A stretch of DNA of 64,000 nt. It comes from Vicugna vicugna (taxonomy: Eukaryota). The position numbers and the translations under genes were made by a program. The notes beneath the pieces were generated by a model. That model was not told where the DNA came from. It saw only the letters and a list, made by a program, of their open reading frames with translations, and searched no databases. The DNA lies in assembly GCA_013265495.1 (NCBI GenBank), contig MU058221.1, forward strand, positions 4,404,001-4,468,000. The letters run 5' to 3'. Every line of letters starts with the position of its first letter. The first letter of the stretch is position 1. Positions 49,751 to 61,633 of this stretch are shown here, piece after piece.

Positions 49751-52700
49751 CCTTCTCAGTGAGTACTTGAGTCCCTCCAGACCCACGCACTGCTCGCCTG
49801 TGCTCTTAGTGAAGACAGCCTCGACGGGGGTGTGGTGGGCAGGTCCGAAGCTCAACCAGGCCTGGAGGAAAGATCTGGGCGAAGGTAAACGATGAGGCTT
49901 CCACAGACACTCAGTGAAACACTTTCTGGAAGGCTGAATGAAGCCCAGGCCTTCTCACGTGTCATCCGAACGTGGTCTGCCCCAAAGGACTAGCCCATTA
50001 AGTGGGTTTGACAGCTGATTGAACCAGCTCTTTTATGTGGGGTTCACCGCAGAAGGGGGTGCCTGGATGTATGGCATTAGAAAAGGGAAGAGCACTCCGT
50101 ACAATTTTGGTTAACAGTCTATTTCATTTTTGTATATGTCTGTTAGGAGACCGTGGCAGAGGGGACAAGGCAGTAGGAGGGATGTTGGATGAAGAGCCCG
50201 TCCTAAATCTGGCCCTGCTACCAGCCATGAGACTGTGGACGAGCGCCTTTTGCTCCCTGGGTCTCAGTCTGTACAGTTAATGGATCTGGAGCAGGTCACG
50301 GGCTTCCACGTGCGCTTTGTGGATTCTGGGTCTCCAGTTAGACACTGGGTCACGTCTGGAGAGGCAGAGAGAATGGTGAGGGCGTGGAGGCAAAGGTGTC
50401 TGTGTCTCTCCCCCACATCCCATGTAATGAGAACCGTGTAAGCAAGGTTCATCCCCACTGGCATCGCTGGAGGCCATATGGCACCATTCAAAAGGCAACT
50501 GGTACGTTTCATTGGAAAGTAATTGAAAAAAAGATTTATTTTAATGCCTTGTGATAAATAATCTTGATAAACACCATTGTTAGCAGAGAAATCGGCACTG
50601 TGGGAAGAATTTACTTTACATCAAAATATGGTGTACACTGTATACCGTTCTTGGATTTTTCAGAGGTGCTCTTACTTACTTTGTTGTGGCTCTGGGGACA
50701 GAATAGCCTGTTAGTATACTGTCGCCTTTCCTGTGAGAACAAGGTCTTCTCTTCCCTCTTCTCTCCTCTTCACACGTAAGTGATGTCGTATGGCGTTTTT
50801 CTCTCTCTCTCTCTGGCGATCTTAGTTTTTAACTTCAGCTTACGCAGTTTGAAACCTTTAAAGGTATTTTAGTGTTTAGTGTCTGGACTTCAGTTTTTAT
50901 CTAAAGAGAAGGCTTAGCCCAAAACCCTATTTTCCTCCATGCTGCCTCGTCTCCCTGCTTGGCCCCGTCTCCTGTGCTTTCCCTATTGCTGTATGCACAC
51001 AGGTTCAGAGCTTGTTCCTTACAGTGTCTCACTTAACTGTGCACTTTTTGGGGGGGTGGGATTGGGGGTGGCAGATTGAGTTGTCACGGTTCTCCGTGTT
51101 TCAGTCTCACCTCCTCAACAGAGCAGGTCCTACAAAGGCAGACTATGTCTTTTCCTTCCTTTGTGAACATACCGTGATGGTGTATGTAACAATAAATGCT
51201 TATTGAGTGCAGATTAATTTTCCTGAAGACATATGGGATAGTGCTAGCCAGCACTGTTGCCCTGGGTGTGCTGAGTTAGGTCCATCTCGCAAGTTTACAC
51301 CTCCCAGACCAGAATTCATCTATTTTGTGGATTCCATGGTGAGACTTGAAGTGGAAATCCCCACAGCAACTCAGAATGTGGGGCTAGACTAGAAGAGACA
51401 CAAGAGAACGAGATGCAAATGGATTGGCAGCTTTCAACAGAGAATGAAGACTCAGAGACGTATTAGTGTGGTTTTTCTCTAAAGACAGGAGAAAAATGGG
51501 GAAAAAAAAAAAAAGGTCCCCAGGATATCTGCAGGGAAGAGAGAAAAGCTAATAAGAAAGAATTCCAAAGAGAAAAAGCAAACCTGAAAAGAAAAGCCTT
51601 CAGGAAGAACACAAGGTCAAGAATACCTGTTAAAACAGGAAGTTGGAAGGTGACACTCATTTTTTAATTTATTAAATTTGGATAGGAAGAAATCTGACGT
51701 GCTCACGGAGGAGCAGATTTAATAAAGCAGTGGAATGGGAGACTCCACATTTCTAGGGCCAGAAAGAGAAAAGAAACTGTGGGTGTGTGAGCCACAAAAT
51801 TGAAATATTTAGGAACAGAAACGATAATAGAAAAATAACATATGGGCGGGTTGACTATCAGGCCTGGGGTTTCCCATTTTACAGATGGAAATGTACAAAT
51901 GTAGGAAAGATGGAGAGTTGAAGCAAAGGAGACAGAGGCACACGGGGAGACCATAAGGATGCAGCAGGAATGGAATGGATTGGGTCCGTGGGGCGGGCTG
52001 CAAGGACGACTTCAGTGGACAGCAGGTCTGCTCTTCCTCTGAAATAGGGGAAGTGTGAGAGGATGAAGGGAGGGAAATTGCTGATTGCAGATAAAGTCAA
52101 GGACTCTGAGAGTGCACAATTGATGACTAAATCCAGCCACAGGCCAACCCAAAATCACAAACGCTTTCATCTGCCCGCATCTGGATGCTCCGTCTGCTTG
52201 GTCCGCACCCGGCTATCTCCAGGAAGTTTCTCCGCTCCGCGTGCCATTTTTCTTTTCTTTTCCCCAGTTGGAAGATTACACTGGTTTAGAAAATTGATCA
52301 CTCCTGTGGCAGATACAGCTATTTGTCACCCAATGTTCACTTTTCTTATCTTCCTTATTAAGTGGCCCAAGTTTTTGTCAGAGCAGCAATAACTCACATA
52401 GATTCTTGCTTTCCCAGACACCCTTCCATTTCTAGCCAAAGAGGCATAAGTGGCAGCAGGCTGGACCTCTAGCTGACAGGTAGGGATGTTGGCTGGGAAC
52501 TCACGTTGGGACTGGGAACTTTAGGGCACTGCAACATATGACCTCCATATTAAGAGAGCCCGTGACGGGGTGGGGGACATCCTGCCTAATTCAGTTGACC
52601 CAGACCTGTATTCTACAATGGACAGCTCAGAGCAGCATCTTCCTGGTCACTCTTAGCCCTTCTTCCTGCCGGATGCTGGAGGTATCATTCTGTGACCAAT

Positions 52701-55700
52701 AGAGAAAGACGAAGAGAAATAACCATCATCTCCTCTAAATGAATTATTCATGGCCAAGACCGTGGAATCACAAGGTTCCCAGGGGATGCAGAGGATGGGC
52801 TGCTCTTAGAGAACATTCTTTCTGGAAATATCTCACAAGATAATGGATGAATGATCCTTCAAACCTTGCAGTTCAATTCCATCCTTACCTCTGCTGTGTT
52901 GGTAGACTCTCTGATGTCTTAGAAAACTCTGTACTTAAAGAGAAATATTCATTACTATTACTTAATGTCTAATTTGTTCATCAGGTAACTTCATTAAAAA
53001 ATCAATATTCTTTTCAAGGAGCAAGCAATTACTAGTCTAACTTTTCACACAATTAATATCTGGACTTGGAATCAAATGATTGAGATTTCCCCAAACTTAT
53101 GAATTGGTTACAGACAGATAATAAAATGTTCTAAATAGTTTAATTAAAATTGATTCTAATATTTCATATTTTCTGAAAAATCTACAAAATACAAAAATAA
53201 AACAAATTTAAATTTGTTTAATTTAAATCTAAAAGTCAATAATTTTTATTATGCTTTAACTTTAAACTGGTTATGAAGCTGCTGGCGTCGAGATGAATTC
53301 TAATTTTCTCATATATTCTTGTGTTTCTTCCTTCATAGGATTTTTGTTTTTATGTCTTACCAGGTCTGAAGTAGTTTTACCAGCCACAAAAAAAAAAAGA
53401 AAGAAAAAAAGAATACCATATCAGACCAGCTGAGATGCAAGGTTCTGGAATTTTCTAACTGGTAGATTTTGGTTGACCAAGAGTCCTAATTGTGTAGACC
53501 ACTGTGATTTAAACCCAAGCTTTGGGGCATTTGGCTGAGTTTCTTTTTATAATAAAGGTTTACTTGTTACATGATGGAACTTTAAAGTCTTTACCTTTCA
53601 GACAGGTTTTAAACTTTTGAAAGATGTTGCTTTTCCAGAAATGATGTGCTACTTCATCTGGGGATGACTGACAATTCATAATATGCAGGTATTAAATGTC
53701 TGTCCATGGGTATTAATTGGAAGTGGATATTAGGACTAAACATATTCTAGACTATTTATCTCTTTATTATAGCTACCTTTGTATTTGTTATGTTAATTAT
53801 CATTTTTAGCATGTTAGTGACCTCACAGACTTAATGATTATAATTATCATTCTTTTTGATGCTCAGTTTGTCTCAACTTAGAAGAAGTCCCTTTAAGCTG
53901 GTAACTTTATTATTTTAGCACTGTCTTGAATAATTTTGCAAAAGTGAACATCAGCCCTGCTGGCTGTCAAGCTGCAATACACAATTTCTAATAAATCTAG
54001 TCAAAGCGACAAGAGGGGAAAAGATCTCTGAGTGAGTTTTGTTTTCTTACCAATGACATCCGCAGCCTAGCCTCGATCCTCCTGCCTCCTGAACGAGACG
54101 TTCAACTGCTGAACTGCTCCTGGCTTCTTGGTATTATTCAGCTCAGAGACAGTACCTGTTTCCTCAATTTCTCCACAAAATCATTCAGCATAAGCACGAA
54201 TTGCTTAACAAGCCTCCCTCATCTCCCTTTTACCTAGACACCCGAGATTCCCCTAGGGTGTTCCTTCTTGCTCCACGAGCTAAAAAATCTACGTAGGTTC
54301 CTGTTGTTCTTTGACTAGTGGCTTGATACCTTGAAAGCATCCTTGCTTTCTAGCAACAGCAAGATGTTCTAGACCCACCCTGAACTTTCCTGCCCAAACA
54401 TGAGAATTGGCTACTTTTTAAGAAGCTCTAGATCTGTCAGTGGACAAAAGCAAAGCAGATGAAAATCTGGCCCTGGAGGCACACCTGAGAGTTAGTGATG
54501 AACAGAATTGCTGCTGCTGCTGAAATTATTGCCATGGGCTAGATGGGAGGTCCCAACCTGGTGCTCCTACCATTTAGGAAGAGAAGGTGGAGGAGGAGTG
54601 AAGGTTTGTGGGATAAAGTTCAGGTGATTTTCTCCATTTAACTACTGTGTTTTCAATTAACTTCCCCTTCATTTGCCAGGTGTTGGGGGGAACCCTCTGC
54701 CCCTACCCCACTGCCATTTGCACCCTTCCTTTAAAAGTTTCCTTTTCCCTTCCTGAGGCTCGAAAACTTTGGTTGGTAAAACCACCAAGTATCATTGGTG
54801 GTTTCTGTTTCCATAATTTGGGAAGCCAAGCAATAGTCAACTCTGTAGCAAGCTCGCTTACTGCTTTTTGACTGTCAAAGGCTACAGATGGATTCATGCT
54901 GTTTCTGGACCTTGGGAGCTAAGCTAGTCACAGAGGCAGCTGTGGGAGCAGCACTGGGGCTGGTGTGAAAGTCCACAAGGATGTGGTCCATGCATCATAG
55001 TCAGCCGCCTTGCACCTTCACTTTGCCACCTTGCCATCACAGTGGATGGTAAAGTTCGTCAGAGGAAGGCAGGACAAAGACACTGGTCTCCAGGTTCAGT
55101 AATTTCCGATGCCACGTTGCACACACAAGTTGGTAATATCGGAGCATGGTGACATCTCTAATTCTTCTTGAAATTTCTGACTTTTTTTTCTGGTTGTAGA
55201 CGAATACTACATTTCTAAGTAAATCTCCTGGGGCCCAGGTGTTGTGCGTAGAACTCGTTGTGACTCTAGACAGGGCTGACTCTTAGACGGCAATATATCC
55301 AAAGTGGAGGGAGATAACTTGGCATAAGTTGTAGGTACTGCCTGAGATGTGGATTTTTTTTTTTTTGAATAAGTGGTTGTCTGGTTCCAAAAAGAGAGTG
55401 ATGAAGTTCTGCAGAGAAATGTTTGGGGGTGGAGGAGGGGAGCGCTAGCACTTGATGCAGCAGAGCGGTCACACGTTGCCCCCGGCGCTAGTTTCTTTCA
55501 GCCAGGTGGGAGCCACAGGAGGGCAGTTTTGACCATATCTACCTTCTGCCTTGGGACTCTTAATACTACTTTTACTTTGCGGCAGAGCCTGGAATTTATA
55601 TACTGCTTTGCTTGTTGGCTTGTTTTTCTCCTGCCAGTCCAAGTAAGAGTCCCACGAAATCCCAGGGACTAGAGATACTGCCCGCTGCGTCATTCAAAAG

Positions 55701-56351
55701 ATCCTCCTGGAGGTACCATTTCTCATCCCTGGAAGGCCGTTTCCATTGTTGAGGAACAACGTGCTGTGGCCATGATGGCAGTACCTAAATCAGCCTGGTT
55801 CCTTTTGCCAAAGCAAGCACTTCCATCAGCCCCTTCCCCATACACCCCAATATACATAAAGAATTCAAGTTCCCACAGAAACGGATGGAGACTCCTTGAG
55901 CGCAGGGTTCCCCAACAACCTTTGGTCCTTAGTCAAGCTCAGAGGTTATAAGCCTCTAAACACTCAGTTTTAAAACACTCTTGGCCGGCTATTTTTGAGT
56001 GTGTCATGTCATGACTTCCCGGGACAAGGGGTTTCACTGAACAGGGGATGTGGCCAAGGCTTACCTCCTGAATCCATAAGGAGCCCCCCAAAATTAAGCA
56101 TCCATAAGGATCCCACACCTCCTCTGGTGTGGAATCACTGAAGACGCTTTATATGGAATTCCAACCAGATCTGCCAGGGAGCAATGTCTACCAGGTCCTC
56201 AAGACGAGAGAGCAGCCAGGACATACCTGTCTTTAGATCTAGCTAACAAAGCAGTCATTTGATGGGGCTCATAAAAAGGGAAGGATACATTCCAACTAGG
56301 CAGCCATGGGGGCCCCTGACACTCACAGGCGGGACCTCCTCCAAGTCTGGG

Positions 56352-56740
56352 GCAGCTGTTCTCAACGACTACGAAGTAATGTGATCAACCGAGAACTTTT
56401 GTAAACTCCTGAAGACACCTATTTGAAAATAAATGAAGCATAACACGGGAGCTAAAGGAGAGAGGGGGAAAGGCTCCACCCCACGCCAATTCAGTGAGAA
56501 CTCCTGGAGGCGAGGTAGCGTTCAAAGCAGCCTGGGGAGCTCTAATATGCAGTCAAGGGTCCCAGTCTGTCTCTCTGGGCTGCTTTTCAGCCCTGGCATC
56601 ACATGAGAACCACCCGGGCACTTGATAGAAATGCAGGTGCGGAGTCTTTCCCCGGACTACTTGAATCCAAATATTTAAGACTGGGGCACAGGCATTTTTT
56701 AAATTCCTCAGACAATTATTCCATGCAGCCAGGAGGGACA
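56352..56740. mobile_element. Two adjacent MER5A/B-like MITE remnants
   Basis: cagctgttctcaac...ctctaatatgcagtcaaggg and tcagccctggcatcacatgagaaccacccggg...tgaatccaaatattt...atgcagccagg. Confidence 0.6.
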
Positions 56741-59659
56741 GTCACGGAGTCGCGGGCAAATCGCAGGCGAGGTAAGTGGCCAGTGCTGGGACAGGTGTGC
56801 CCAAGGAGGCCTTCGGGACCCTGCCTATGGCAACAGACAGCCTTGGACTCTGAAACCTCAACGCGGATGGAGCACAGGCCGACCAAGTTCACATCACTCT
56901 GCACAAACCAACGCACACCAGAGCTTCACCCTCCATTAGGTAAAGAGGCAGAGAGTTGTAGGAGGCAGAGGCATGTAGTTAGAAGTTCAGTCTTGGCCTG
57001 AAGGCTTCTTTAGAATCAAAACAATAAGGGACTCATATACTGACACCATGTGTAATCACCCTTCTTACCCGATGTGTGTGTCCAACTGCTAGACTCTAGC
57101 ACAGAGTCTGGCCACAAACTGTCACAAGACGGGATCGCAGACAAAAAATTTGACAGACACAGATGACTTCTCACCGAAGGCCCCCAGCAGACATTTCTGA
57201 AGGTCTCTTACCTCGTGATTTGGTGCCAGGCACTTGGTGATGAGGGACCTGTCCCTTCTGCAGCAGCTGGGGCCGCCATGCAGGCGCTCACCACAACTGT
57301 CAAAGAAGATGGCATTTGGGATGGCATTTGGCTTAGCTTTGCCTGAGATACATCACCATGTTAAGGATGAGCGTCTCCAGTGAGGGATTCCTGCCAGTAT
57401 GAAAAAAACCACTGAATTCAGAGAGTTGCACATAAGAAAGAAAATACAGAGTTACGGGAAAACAAAGGCAGAAAACTGCATCCCATGGAGCTCACGGCGT
57501 CCTGTGAGCATCCCTGGGTCTATCTGGAGGGGCTCAGTAAAGGAAGAGGACCAGTGACCGCTGCCCCATGTACAGGAGACACCCCCGAGGGAGGGATTTC
57601 TTTTATGATCATGAGGTCCTTTATTATGCAGGTGAGGAGACAGTGAAATTTGTTCACACTGATATGATCCACTTTTATCCTCAGAAGGTAGTGAAGCGTG
57701 GGGAAGCCTGGGTTTCAGGCACTGAGCTGGGATCAGAGCTGGAACTCCACATGCGGGTTCCTGGCTCCAAGTATGACATTCTGGTTCCGGAGCCATGAGC
57801 CAACACCCCCCACAGGAGTGGGAGCTTAGCCTTCATCCTCAGAAAAGAATTAATGATTCATCCGCTGGGTTCTAAAGGGTCAGTTGTACATTCAAACCAA
57901 AGAAGGCGGCCCAGATTATAGCCACTTGGAGCCCATAGAAATAGTTTCTTCTACACCAGAAAATTCCCCCAGAATAAATTTCTTACTCATCATCAGAGAT
58001 TCATCCTGAGGAGGAAAAAACAAAACAAAACATATGCACATAAGGATGTGGAAGCACATAGATCTTGCCACACACCAAGCAGGGATGATGAGTGTGTCGA
58101 CAGATACACACAGACGCATGAGGGACTGTTTGCTAATATTATCACAGGAGAGATTTTTAAATTAAAATTTCCCTTTAATAATTTCATTTGACATTCCAAT
58201 TAAATTTTTAGAAGAAAATGAAGTTTAAAAGGATAGGATTTTTTATTACCTTGGATTTCCACTCTTGTTTTATTATAACGAACTTGCTTTTCTGTGGAGA
58301 GTATAAGATGGTGTAATGAATCAGATGAGAATAATTCAATGACCAAAATGACATCCGACCTCCCCGTGCTGTTGTGCAACACACGTGTGCGTGACAGATG
58401 TCTTGCCTAAGCACCATCCCAGTGACTCAACACACAGCCGAAGGTTCAGGTTGCTTGGAAATCTTCTCTGTAGTTCTCTAACCCACCACATGGGCTGCTC
58501 GACTGTCTCACTGCCAAGGACTTTTAAAGCCCAGCTCAAAGACTTTCCACTTGGTTAGGGTGCCTCCTCTGATCTTGAGCTCGACGGTTGTGAATATTTT
58601 ATTTAACATTGGCTTCTTGAATGGTGGCTTTATTGTCACCCTAAAATTCTGTTCATGGAAACTAAAATGAACCTCCATTGACTTTTTAAAAATTATACTA
58701 ACTGTCCAGTTGAAATAATTGTGGATTAAAGACTGGTATTTTGGAAAGTCGTGTGTTACATGCTTTAAATTAATTCTTTGTGTATTATTTTCTACAAAGA
58801 GACATTTTAAATCATAGGTCTCTTGGCAAGAAAACTATAAGTGAACATAAGAAGTTATTTCCCAATATCTAAAATACATATAACAAATAAAATACCCAAG
58901 TTTATAAGCAGCTCAAATTAGGAACAGAGATTTACTTTATGTCTTTCTATTTGAACTCAAAACAATCGTGTAATCTCCAAGATTTGACCTTGATGGCTCC
59001 CATCACCCGTGCGTACTGAGCCATTAACCAAGGGTCTGACACATACTTAGTAGATATTTGTCAATTTCATGGATTAACCATTTTTGAATGGTGAATTGGT
59101 TTGTAAGGCTTAATTTCTATTTTTTCAAGTTTTGGAAAGTAAAGACTAAAATAACTTTTATATGCATTCATGGATTCAAGCATGAGTTAAAATGCAGTTA
59201 AAGACCAAAATTTGAACTAGCCCAGGATGTTACCTGTCTGTTGCAGAGTGCTTACTATATTTTCTGAAAGTTGAAGTTACAGTGTCCACACAGTCCAAAA
59301 TTATAATCTAATCCTTTTCATGACTTTTAAAGAATATAATTTTGTATTTGACTATTTTTTCCAATAACTAATTTTTCCTGATGTCTTTTCTCTACTACAA
59401 ATTGTATCCAGTTGGAAATAACTCTGCTTTGCTCCCAAAGGAGAAAGAACAGCTTTACATAGCAAAACAAATTTAAACTGATATCATCCCTATTGATCAG
59501 ACCTTTGTATTATTTCATTAGGATCAGGGATGAAAATGTATTTCTATTAAACACTTTATAGTAAATCATATTGATGTATTATTATTCCACCCATGGCAAG
59601 TGAAATTGTTGATGAGGACTATTTTTTTTCAGCTTGGCAGGCAACATGAAATCATTTGC

Positions 59660-59840
59660 CATCTTTGATTAGGAAATGAGTACCAGAAAAATCCTGTGTG
59701 TGTGATGGATGTGGGAAGCCTTGCCAGCCAATCTTTGCCACCACTCACTTCACCTGGTTTACAGAGCTTCTTATATATCAGAAAATTCACACCAAGAGAG
59801 CGCTTTTAAATCTAGAGAATGTGGGAACCCTTCCAGCCGG
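59660..59840 (+). pseudogene. Decayed C2H2 (Kruppel-type) zinc-finger gene fragment
   Basis: Reads SLIRK*VPEKSCV-CDGC-GKP[CQPIFATTH]F-TWFTE-L-LI-Y-QKI-H-T, then after a 1-nt frameshift ESAFKSRECGNPSSR. This corresponds to linker / C-x2-C / F-x5-L-x2-(H>Y)-x3-H / TGEKPFKCxECGKAFSR. Confidence 0.7.
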
Positions 59841-59904
59841 AAAAAAAAAAAAGTTTCTTCTAACAGCCCCTAGCTTATGCAAAAGACATCACAAACACCC
59901 CATC

Positions 59905-60195
59905 CATAATCAAGTTTTGATTTACCCCAAAATCTGCTCCATCCCCCCTTCCATTAGTAAATGACAGCCAGCATTTGCCAAATTGCTCAGGTCCCAAAAC
60001 CGAGGGTAATCTTTGACTCCTCTTTTTTCCCTTACTTTTTCCCTTCACCACTGCATCCAAGCCAATCACAAGTTTTATTTGCTCTACAGTCTGAATAGAT
60101 CCAGAATTAGCCATTTCTTCTCTCTTCCGCAGCCAGAGTCCTGTCCTCGCTGTCATTTCTCAGCTGCCGCCCCCCACCCTAATGCAACAGCCTCT
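59905..60195 (+). mobile_element. L2 fragment
   Basis: ttgctcaggtcccaaaaccgagggtaatctttgactcctctttt...catccaagccaatcacaagtttt...tccagaattagccatttct. Confidence 0.8.
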
Positions 60196-60599
60196 TGTCT
60201 CCATCCTCGCTGATAGCTTAAATTAAATCTTTTATTCAGTTTAAAACTTTTTCCTCCACTGGCTTTGGTCTGCCCTGGGCTCAGTGAGAAAAGGACTTCA
60301 CTATGGGCACCTTCCTTCATTCCCACCTTGTTTGTCTATTTCTACTCCCTGTGTCCTCTCGTCACCCCCAGAACCCTTCAAAGTGATGGAGAAAACAGGC
60401 AGTGAGGACTTTAAGTGACTCTTCAAAGACCGAAAAGATTTGGCCCAAGTGCTGCTCACTTTCCAGACAGAAACACAGAAGCAGCTGGGTTATTTCTCCT
60501 TCCAAGCTCCTAGGGTGCCTCTCATAGAAATAATGGCCAAAGAGCTAGAAAAACTGGGGAAGAAAGACAAACCAATGTCAGACAGAAAAGAAAAATAAA

Positions 60600-61250
60600 T
60601 ATGAAATATAGTTTCCAGTGGTGACCATCTCTCAAAATAAAATAAAACGGAGTGAGATAAAGAGTTACTCAGGGAAAAGAAGGTGATTGGATCCAACAAA
60701 GAAGGTACAAGTTGAGAGCACAGGACTGCGTGATTTTGCTCAGGACTGACGGAGGCCATCAGAAGTCTGAGACAGGGGCACGAGGGTCAAAAATGAAGAT
60801 AAAACAAATGGATAATCTTGCAGAGAAAAAAATTTAGGGAGATTTCCAAGGAGATTTGCTTCCATACCGTGTTTGGACAGGAGAGATTAGAAGCCAGATT
60901 GCAGGAGTTAAAAAGACATGTTGATCAAGTCTAGGCATGGACTAGATGTATATCCGATTTCAGGATGATCTGATAGAGGAAGGGACGCGTATAAACAGGA
61001 GGCAGATAAAGCAGCAGGATCAAGCAGCTTCCCTCTTTTCAGTGGGCTCCTGTAAGTCTCTGAACGGGGAAGGGAGTAACCCCTTAAATACGGGCGCCTG
61101 GGGAGAAAATGGAGCAAGAGGGAATTCCGAACAGTGAGGGGCAGGAAGAGGAGATTGACAGCCCTGCTGAAAAGTTGGCCGTAAATGAAGAAGAGAGCAC
61201 CTCCTTTCTCTGGTGTCAGACGGGAGTGGGAGGAAAGGGATTTAGGGAGA
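60600..61250 (-). mobile_element. Decayed L2-like fragments
   Basis: Purine-rich text (ggagagattagaagcc, tcaagtctaggcatgg, gaattccgaacagtgagggg) like antisense L2. Weak. Confidence 0.4.
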
Positions 61251-61546
61251 GTCTTCTGTGGAAGGAGAAATACGTCAGCTGGCTTGGGTCGTGTGCAGAG
61301 CGGGGAGTTTTTTTTAAGAGGATTAACTCCACCCACAAAGCCTCAGTTTCCTCCTCTCGGCAATGGAGCCCAAACTGCAACCACTGCGCATAGCAGTTGT
61401 GATCATTAAATCCGTGGACATGTGCAGAGGTTAAGAACTGTAAGCGATGCAAAGTAACCTCTCAGCGCAGGTTAGCTATAACTATTCAGCTTTGTAGTCT
61501 TCCACAGCGCAGAGTAACTCTTCCTGTCGTAACAATTAATGGTTCT

Positions 61547-61624
61547 TTTCTGGTGTACAGCATAGTGACTCAGTTATACATAAATTAGCACAACATTGTA
61601 AATCAACTATACTTCAAAAAAAAA
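61547..61624 (+). mobile_element. Tiny L1 3' end with 5' inversion
   Basis: 61547-61582 is the reverse complement of tatgtataactgagtcactatgctgtacaccagaaa. 61583-61624 is the adjacent sense terminus aattagcacaacattgtaaatcaactatacttc plus poly(A). Confidence 0.8.
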
Positions 61625-61633
61625 TCAGATTCT

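Noticed and set aside
51340..51660. Lys/Glu-rich exon-like stretch (KRKAFRKNTRSRIPVK)
   Set aside because: It is interrupted by stops and an A run, and is better explained as purine-rich antisense L2 decay.
54779..54804. Perfect 10-bp stem hairpin aaaccaccaa-gtatca-ttggtggttt
   Set aside because: It is too short for a pre-miRNA, and an isolated stem of this size can arise by chance in 64 kb.
56065..56150. Faint KRAB-A resemblance on the minus strand
   Set aside because: The similarity needs several indels and lies on the opposite strand to the ZNF fossil, so it is not supportable by eye.
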